Assembly: GCA_032718475.1 (NCBI GenBank)
Contig: JAUCBJ010002542.1
Coordinates: 1-41,041 of the forward strand
DNA from: Nemertoderma westbladi
Lineage: Eukaryota > Animalia > Xenacoelomorpha
Direction: 5' to 3'
DNA: 41,041 nt
Of the stretch, positions 32,824 to 41,041 are shown in pieces (the first letter of the stretch is position 1; every line of letters starts with the position of its first letter). The notes under the pieces were generated by a model. It was not told the origin of the DNA. It was given only the letters and a program-made list of their open reading frames with translations, and made no database searches. The translations under genes and the position numbers were made by a program.

Positions 32824-33310
32824 GTTATGTTACCGGTACAGTATATGGTTGATAGCCGATATTGATGACGGTGAAACAATGTTACCGGTCTGCACTAAAA
32901 CTGGGTAACTAGCTAACTGAATCACAAACCGGTAACGGGGGGTAATATATGATTGATATACCAATATTGCTTCACCTCCTACGCTACTTTGGCCTGTTAC
33001 CTAATGGATGCTCTCCTGTGCCCTATCACGTGCTTTCCTCCCCCCTATTCGCTAATTACCTACTTCTCACCCTTGCACTCTCTGGGAGTGTTTCCCCTCT
33101 GCTGCTAGCCTCTACTAGCTGTGTCCTCCGAGGTGGTTTGACCTCTAACCTTCCTTTGTGTGTGGCTTCGGGGCTTGTGTTGCCCCCCCCCCCCAAATGC
33201 TGGTTGTGATACGAGATTAATATTGCTAATCTCGTATCTCCAACATATTGCTGAAAATGCCACTATCCCATTTGCTGGAGGGTAATGAAGTGGAATTGAA
33301 TCCGCTTACA
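32824..33310 (-). repeat. 3' LTR (shared core)
   Basis: Matches 38724-39185 with about 6 substitutions, a 34-bp indel (32881-32914) and a poly-C length difference. Exact distal end unresolved. Confidence 0.92.
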
Positions 33311-33729
33311 CTCCCCCCCATGCTATCTTCCCGGTGAGAAGATAGCATCAACCTCAAGTGCGTTTCAATTCCGCTGGAACCCGATCTACTATCGGGTGTA
33401 GGGTGGAGTTCTTTTCTCGGAGTCGGCTTTCCAGGCCGCTCCCTCTGGGTATGATATTGCTACCCCTTCTTGGTGCAATCGCAACCTATGTTGCACCAAG
33501 ACATCTGACGTCTCTTTTCGAGACAATTGTGGACTCCTCTCACACAATTTTAAAAACCCTCACCCTGATACTCACTCTAACCTCACTCTACTCTATCTCT
33601 TATGGACCCTATCGTCCCTTGCTCTCTCTCTTACTGCTCGCTCTCCACATTTCAATTGCACTCCTCTCACTTCCTTACGCGCCAACACCTCCTTTCCATA
33701 CTTCCCTCGTACTCCTCTCATACTCCTCT

Positions 33730-34550
33730 CGGAACTTACCCCAGTCCATCGGCTTGTGGCAGACAAGCCTCATGTGCTGGCCCATCGCCACTGCTCCACA
33801 ATGTCCTGTGCCCGCTCCGTGCTCCCCCCGGAACTTGCCCCAGTTCATCGGCTTGTGGCAGACAAGGCCCATGAGCTGGCCCATCCCCACTGCTCCACAA
33901 TGTCCTGTGTTCTCAACCACTCCCAAAGTGCCAATTTTCCTTAGTCTTACCCCTGTCTGTGCTATCATCCTATCTACCTTGCTACTTACTTCTTACTATG
34001 TACCCTACTAGTACTATGCTATGCCTACATACTCTTTACTTTCTTACTACGTGGCGCTCTTGGTGCCCACAACTTCTAACTTGGTACTATGTACCCTAAT
34101 ACTGCTACTACCTACATAATGCTACTACCTAATACCTACATACCACACCCTTCACTCTCTCACTACGTGGCGCTTTAGGTGCCCACAACCCCTCTGCTAC
34201 TACCCCTATGGTATACCTACATACCATACCCTCTACTCTCTTTCTACTTGGCGCTTTCGGTACCCACAACCCCTCTGCTCTCTTTTTACGTGGCACTTTC
34301 AGTGCCCACAACCTCTAACTCTCTCGGTACAATGTACCCTGCTACTCTGGTACTATGTACCCTGCTACTACTCTCGTGGTATGTCTATATACCACACTCC
34401 CTAACTTCTAACTTCTAGCTTCTTACTCTTACTAACTTCTACTAACTTTCTAACTTCTTACTTCTTACTAACTCTTACTAACTTTCTAACTACTACTTAC
34501 TATCTAACTATCTACTACTATTACTTTCTAACTTTCTACTATCTCGCTAC
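33730..34550. repeat. Repeats in the element's 3' non-coding region
   Basis: 99-bp tandem unit (33730, 33829). Four copies of tacgtggcgct..ggtgcccacaac (~34047, 34163, 34244, 34287). CTAACTT/CTACT low-complexity tract at 34400-34550. Confidence 0.85.
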
Positions 34551-34828
34551 TTATTTTATTATTTGCTTTTACTTATTATTTATATTATTTTATTATATTT
34601 TGTGTAGGAAGGGCGTCTCGCTCTCATTCCCACCCCCCTCAGTCCAACATATTGGACGACTAAACTGTAAATTCTAGGATTCCTCGATCTTCCATCGATT
34701 CTTCCAGCAGGCACTTTCCCACTGCCCCCTTGTAGGTCCTCTTATCCTTCGCCCCACTCTCCTTGTCAATTCCAACTCTCTAGGAATTGATTCTCCCTCT
34801 TCCACCACCCTAAAATCGGGTCTTTCGG

Positions 34829-35622
34829 TCATCTTCTTGATTTCCTCATGGTCCCCTGGCAGCAAAATGCCACCCTTATTTCTCTGGAACTATCCTCTAT
34901 CCTTTCACCACGCTCCACTATGCATGGTTCCAGATCCATACCCAACTCCTGGTATCCTTCCCCGGACCGCTTCTCACATGGGACCTCCCCATCGCCCGTC
35001 TCTGGTTTCTCCTCTACGTCCTCAATGGTGCCTGATGTCATGCACCCTGATGTCTCTGACACCCTGAGTGGAATCTTGGTTTTAATTGGGCCGCTAAGCG
35101 TCCATCCGAACGGCGTGAGAATCGCCGTCGGATCCCGCTGCTTATTCTCTCCGAATATTGTCCTTACTCTCTTGTGGGCTGTCGGACAATCCATTCCGAC
35201 TATGATGGATACCTTCGAGATGTCCACTTCTGGTATTGAGAAATCGATTTCGTCCAGGAACCGGTATTGTTCGACCTCGATCCTGGTGGGTCTCCTGGCA
35301 TTTATATTAATCGATTCTATAATCTGTATGGGGTCGATGGTCACCCCATAATCACATCCTGGTGCTATTGCTGATATCTCGCACCTTCCCGTCCTCATCT
35401 CCAGGACCTCATCCTTGCTCGAGATAGTAGTTACTGCCATCCTACTCGGCCTCGTCTGTAACCCTCCTCAGCCACCCAATTCTCCACCAGCATGAAGGCT
35501 GCTCCGCTGTCGACCAGCATCAATGTTGTGACTGATCGGCCGCCCTTTCCTGATATCCTCACTGGTACTACCCCGAGTAGTACTTTCCTCTTTCTTCTTG
35601 CTCCTGTCGTGCTCATAGCCAT
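34829..35622 (-). pseudogene. BEL-type aspartic protease, frameshifted
   Basis: VLLGVVPVRISG...LMLVDSGA in 35431-35622, continuing in another frame as VSIIVGMDCPTAH...AILTPFGWTLSGP. Parallels VVQVRV...LLDSGS...ILIGQN...TRVGWYFTGP of the first element. Confidence 0.88.
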
Positions 35623-35629
35623 TTTTTAG

Positions 35630-38487
35630 CCTCCAGTCTCATCGTCTCCTATCGGTGTTTCTCTACACTCTCCAGATCTGTGTCCCTCTACCACGCATCA
35701 ATGACATAGTCCGTTTGTATCTGCGTAGGCTACCCGATCTTTTTTAGGCAACACTTGCCAATGCTTACAACTCATGGTCTTATGTGTTCCATCCCTATGC
35801 AATTGACATTCGTATTCTGAATTGTAGCGCTCCCTGTATAGCCCTTCACGTATTGCGCGCAGATTCATATCTACCGGTTTAGTGCCTTGGCCATTTGGAC
35901 TCGGCCTACTGGGTGTGTTGGGATTATATTTGTTCGTGTTGTCATTTTGTTTCTGTCCCTGCCACGGTGTGGCCCTACTCCCAGCTAACTGTGGACTTGT
36001 AGTCCCCTGTGTGGCCGCATGTGGTAGCGACTGTCTTACTCTCGGGAATGCATCTGCCGGATTATGTTCGGGTTTAGGCCTGTTGTATTCGGTCTTCAGC
36101 GCCTTCCCCAAACTATCCTCACTGTAGACTGGGTCTGTAATCAACTCTGCTTCATAGTTGAGGAAGTTTGACATTTCTTCTAGGTCCGGTTCCGCACCTT
36201 TCTTCTCCCGAGTGGAGAAGGCGATCTTCCTCCATTTGTTCCTTAGCCAGATTGGCAGTGCCTGCGCTATTGTGGTGATGTTATTTGATGCGTTGAGTTC
36301 GTATGGCGCATCTAGCGTCTTTAGCACGATGAGCGCCTTATATACGGCAGCTATATCCCGTCGGGAAGTTTCTCTTCGATCCCCTCTCCTGTTCTCGTCC
36401 TTGTACCGGTACCCCTCTCCCGGCGTATGGTATATCTCGCCAGGCTGCGTCACTCCAGGGCGATGGCAATCTCCCGGAGTTTGACCCCACTGACTCTCCA
36501 ACTCCATCTCTATTACCGACGGTTCGCTATCCGTCCTCGCTCTCCGGTCGCTCGTAGCAACGATTCTTCTTTTCTCTTCACTTGTTCTCTCTTCAGTGTA
36601 GCGTTCCCGCTCATGAGATCTCTCTTCGACCTCCTGGTTAAACTCCACTGTTCTTCTTCCGTTATCCGACTGGGCTCGACATCTCGTCGCTCGCCCGCTC
36701 ACGGCGCCAACCTCTCTCTCTCTCTCTCTAGCCGGTTGGACGCTGCTGAGGATACTCGTAATCCCCCTACTATTCTCTGTCGTCGGATGCCGCGGTTCAC
36801 CTAACTCGCCCCGCGCATTATCCGCCGACCCTCGTGGGACATTCTCTGCCCCCCCTCCCCCCCCCACTCTCGCCACTAATCTCTCGTCGTGGGGCGCCCG
36901 TAGCCCCCCCCCCCCCTCGCCACCTATTACTTCACTATCTCCTATTTCGCTTCTACGCCCCTCTCTAGTCGACGTGCTATCTCTACTGCGGCTGGGTCTA
37001 TTCACCCCCGCCTCTCCCTCTACCACTGCGTGGCCTTGCAAGCTCTTGTCGGGTTGACTCACCCCCGCTCTTCCCTGCCTAACTACGTGGCCTCGCAGGC
37101 TCCCGTCGGGGTGACTCACCCCCGCTACTCCCTGCATACTAACTACGTGGCCTTCCAGGCTCTCGCTGGTCGGACCACCTATGTTTGCTGCGTTCGTGTT
37201 AATAGCACCGTTATCAACAATATTATTGCCAAAATTATTTGAATTATTTAAATTATTTTGTTCGGAATTCGGAATATTGTTTAAATTATCTTGTATATTT
37301 AAGTTAGAATTAGGATTATTTTGTTCGTTTGAATTAAAGTTGTTATTTAGATTATTTTGTGCGTTTAAATTAGGGTTATTATTTTGTATATTTAAGTTAG
37401 AATTATTATTTTGTATATTTAAATCAGAATTATTGTTACCGGGTAAAAGATTATTTCCTGCAATGAAAGTTTGGTTAGGGTTGTCTACTACGGTACTATT
37501 AATGTTAATGCCCTCTAACGTATTATTATAATACGTTCTACAGTTACAGTTACTAACGTACTACAGTTCTTCGCCACCCTTTCGGCCCTCTCTCTACATT
37601 CCCTCGCCAACTCTCTCTCTTTCTCTAACAACGCAGTTCCCTCTTCCAACTGCCTCTCTAATTATTTCTGGTCTAGCGCCACCATGTCTAGTTGACACGC
37701 CAGATCTATCTCCAACACCCTTCTTGCTTTCGCGGAGGATGTAGCGGACTTATAGATTGCGATGGACTCTCGTCGCCTCTCTGTCCTACTAACTTTCCCC
37801 CACTTTCTGGGGTTCTCGCTAACCGACGAGACCGAATCCTCGGGGTTAACCTCGGGTTCGCCCTCGTGCGGATCCGCCCAACCCACTAACTTAATTCCCC
37901 TAGCATCCACTAAGTACGGCCCTACGTACACTACTTCAGGCCCCATAACCCCAGATTGCCACAGTTTGAACAGTTCGGTGGTGACCCCCCTCGCTCTCTC
38001 ACTCGCCAGTTCTCCCTGTCCAAAGCGGACTAAATACCGGAAATGTTTGTTAGACTCACCTAGCCTTTGGTGTAACTTAGGCTGGTCTACCCTCTCTGGA
38101 ATCCTTCAGTAGTTTCTTCGTGGCGTTGTAGGCCCGTCGTAGACGATCACTCGTCCCGACGTCTTCTTCGCCGACTCCTCCACCTCTCCTGGTTCGGCGT
38201 CGTACCGGCGGCCCCACCGTCGCCGTTCCGGTGGGCCGTCCGATGCCCTCGGCCTGTGGCTGGCCGGCAACTTCGGTACTCCGACCGCCGTCGTGCGTAA
38301 ACTCGTCTCCCGCTCGTGGTTGACGGCTGCCCTCCGCTTGGGGTACCGGATCGTCCCTCGTCGGTGAATCCGGCGTCGCAGGTTGATACCGTCGCGTCGC
38401 GGCCTCACGGATCGTTTGGTTGGTATCGTCCGGGGTCTGTGGCGGCGTTCTCTCTCCGTCTGATAATCGGGGTTCTCCTGTGCTCAT
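35630..38487 (-). pseudogene. gag: Decayed BEL-type gag with Asn-rich insert
   Basis: IAQALPIWLRNKWR...FLNYEAELITDPVYS capsid-like motif. Knuckles CQLHRDGTHKTMSC and CH*CVVEGHRSGEC, the latter broken by TGA. The frame of ORF 35698-37137 is open upstream to 37560 through an Asn-rich tract. Upstream pieces (37662-37946, 38077-38487) are separated by stops and shifts. Confidence 0.82.
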
Positions 38488-38723
38488 CTTCTTCCTCTTA
38501 TTCTTGCAGTCACAGTTTGATGGCAGTTGGTCGATTGTTTCACTGTGACGGGATCAGAGATCCCGACTGGGTAGGTTGCTATAAGCGTCACCGCAGGCTT
38601 TAAGATGGTGTTACTGGTAGCTTGGCCGAGGCCGTTGGATAAAAGCGTTCAGAGTTTTGATGTTATTTCTTGGTCTTGTAATATGTACAATAATAGCACA
38701 ATTAATATGATGGCAGATGAAAT

Positions 38724-39185
38724 GTTATGTTACCGGTTCAGTATATGGTTGATAGCCGATATTGATGACGGTGAAACAATAACTGAATCACAAACCGGTA
38801 ACGGGGGGTAATATATGATTGATATACCAATATTGCTTCACCTCCTACGCTACTTTGGCCTGTTACCTAATGGATGCTCTCCTGTGCCCTATCACGTGCT
38901 TTCCTCCCCCCTATTGGCTAATAACCTACTTCTCACCCTTGCACTCTCTGGGAGTGTTTCCCCTCTGCTGCTAGCCTCTACTAGCTGTGTCCTCTGAGGT
39001 GGTTTGACCTCTAACCTTCCTTTGTGTGTGGCTTCGGGGCTTGTGTTGCCCCCCCCCCCCCCCCCCCCCAAATGCTGGTTGTGATACGAGATTAATATTG
39101 CTAATCTCGTATCTCCAACATATTGCTGAAAATGCCATTATCCCATTTGCTGGAGGGTAATGAAGTGGAATTGAATCCACTTACA
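38724..39185 (-). repeat. 5' LTR (shared core)
   Basis: Starts TGTAAGTGG on the minus strand at 39185. Direct repeat of 32824-33310. Confidence 0.92.
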
Positions 39186-39363
39186 CACCGAGACGGGATT
39201 AGCGTTATGTTTCCCCCTCGGTCTCGATAGACATACGCACACACACCCAAACCACCCAACGTATCATTTGCATTCCGTTAATTACATATAATTCGAATTA
39301 ATTATTGATTATTATATACTATGTTGTTGTTGTTTACATTAGATATTAAATCATTGATCTCAC

Positions 39364-39627
39364 CTCATTTGAGATATCAAAACTATGAAGGAGTTGAGCC
39401 TCGCTTGCTTTGTTGTTATTATCATTGGGGTAAGTTGTGTGGTGAGCAGGCGGAGTTGGAGAAACAGGTGAGACGTCGTCATCAGCTGAGTCATAGATTA
39501 GATTTACCAGTTGATCTAACAGACTTCGTCTCTCATTGTTGACCCCCAATCCATAAACGGGACCGATTCCCAATAATCCTAATATAACCACCAACGTTAA
39601 ACGCATAACAATTAGTTTGTCTTCCAT
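39364..39627 (-). CDS. First coding exon (88 aa, signal peptide) of the LDLa-repeat gene
   Basis: MEDKLIVMRLTLVVILGLLGIGPVYG signal peptide. Consensus donor GAG|GTGAGA at 39364/39363, phase 0, matching the phase-0 acceptor at 31887. Joined product is about 1,383 aa. Confidence 0.78.
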
Positions 39628-41041
39628 TATTAATATTACCGTATTAACAAACCTCAGTTACTCATCCACAAAGAGCCTATAGTACGCTGTTTCAGCTACT
39701 TTATAACAATAACAGTAGGCCTAAGTGTGATATTATTAGTGTCGCCGGTGTTTGTTGTTTATGTCCCAAACACCAAATTTTATAAAAAAAATATCATGGT
39801 TTGCCTACCGTACCGAATGCAGGCCATTGATAGGCCTGTCAATGTAATGCAAATAGAATTATAATGCAGTCATGGGGCCTACCAGTAAGAAACAATTTGT
39901 TTGGGATGTTTTAAAAAAACAAATATAGTTAGTTAATTTTGAATGTAAGTGTTCTATTTAACGTAATGAATGTACCAAACTCCACTTTTTAACACTTCTA
40001 GTCCGAAGGTTTAAATTTTTAACCAGAAAACTTAAAGATTTATTTCAGAAAATATAATAATTACTGTTAGTAGTTACAGTAGCTACGGTTGAGTATAATT
40101 GTGTATTATTACTTGGTTGTTTTTTATTTCTACATAGTAATAACCCCGGGTCAATATACTGTACGCCAACTTGTAGGGCTCACATTACTGCTGTCTGCAG
40201 GACATTAATATCTGTCGTGATTGCAAGTTGGCCTAATATAACTGTATGTTTACAATTAAATGTGTGCTAACCTAATACCAACAATATCAGTGCAATATTT
40301 AGGCAATTAAAGAGTGGTGATAATTACATATCTTACCCGTCGTAAAGGCAGTAATTTCAAACATCTGCCTGTCAATTCATGATTTCGGTATTAAGTTAAC
40401 CGAAAGCGGTCCTACATAATTTCTTCATGGTACGCCCTATACGAGTAATTCACGTTAAATATATATCGTTGCATTTATTGATAGACGTAGACTGTAAGTA
40501 GAATCGGAAACAATTTCACTGTGCTCCAATTGTATGCGGTGATTTTACAAATTATTACCACCGAATGCCGGTGAAATATTCTTTTTGAATAAAACTACAT
40601 GGGCTTTATTTCATACGTTAAGGCTCGGTACGGTCGGCTTTTAAATAATCATTCAGACGCATTGGTAAATAAAAACAAACAAAAATAAAAACAAATAAAA
40701 ATAAAGCTTTACTGTATCCTCCTTGAATCGCTTAGCCTACCAACCTAAAACATACTTTCAAGTTTCAATTTTACAAAACCGAAATATTTTCATCTCGAAC
40801 CAAGTCCAACAACGCTCTACAAAGTAAGCAGGAGCAAAATGGAACTCAACAACAACAGCAACCAAAGGAATGACTGCTAGAGGTCTGACTAAGCGGACCT
40901 AATAATCTGCCGCGTATCCAGGAATTTCCGACAAATTGACAGACACATTTGACAGACAGCCAGACAGACATAAGCGTATATTTTTTTACAAGTTTTTGTC
41001 CGATCGGTAGAGCACCTATATGGGGAAATTATCACAAAAAT

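Larger units (their letters stand above)
32824..39185 (-). mobile_element. Non-autonomous BEL/Pao-derived LTR element (decayed gag + protease only) in the LDLa gene intron
   Basis: Two near-identical LTRs. Minus-strand PPT GGGGGGGAG directly before TGTAAG at 33310. BEL-type gag and protease motifs present. No RT, RNase H or IN motif found. Confidence 0.92.

Noticed and set aside
32949-33209. 86-aa ORF in the LTR
   Set aside because: The second LTR copy has a stop at codon 61, and there are no coding hallmarks.
33358-34011. 217-aa hydrophobic plus-strand ORF as an antisense membrane protein
   Set aside because: GTG start, arises from CT-rich low complexity and a 99-bp tandem repeat, and has no recognisable domain.
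37181-37531. 116-aa Leu/Phe-rich plus-strand ORF
   Set aside because: It is the reverse complement of the Asn-rich gag tract.
40995-41041. tRNA/SINE A-box-like GGTAGAGCAC
   Set aside because: No B-box or cloverleaf visible before the window ends.

Overview
Eukaryotic window, most likely from an invertebrate animal, with AT-rich flanks. (1) From 1 to about 11520 (+) lies the 3' part of a BEL/Pao LTR retrotransposon. Its gag-pol runs in from the left edge and has a frameshifting deletion in the integrase tail. After a 1.6-kb spacer containing a diverged tandem repeat and a ~105-nt G.U-rich hairpin, there is an extra ~1,400-codon reading frame (6604-10810) broken by one +1 shift and one TAA. 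It is not env-like. It carries motifs of a DEDDy (WRN/EXD/MUT-7-type) 3'-5' exonuclease, CCHC zinc knuckles and a basic tail, and is followed by a candidate PPT and TG...CA LTR. This exonuclease-carrying BEL element is the most striking feature. (2) A 5.5-kb satellite of a 19-bp unit with higher-order structure. (3) A small secreted Cys-rich protein gene, a decayed RTE-like LINE, an intronless Rab6 and several MITEs, including a TTAA-flanked piggyBac-type element. (4) A minus-strand gene for a secreted protein with 19 LDLa repeats (exon 1 39627-39364, exon 2 31887-28000). Its intron holds a young but non-autonomous gag-protease-only BEL element with an Asn-rich Gag segment, plus a 63-nt exon-like unit with a dead AT donor. 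All calls come from reading motifs by eye; no searches were run.
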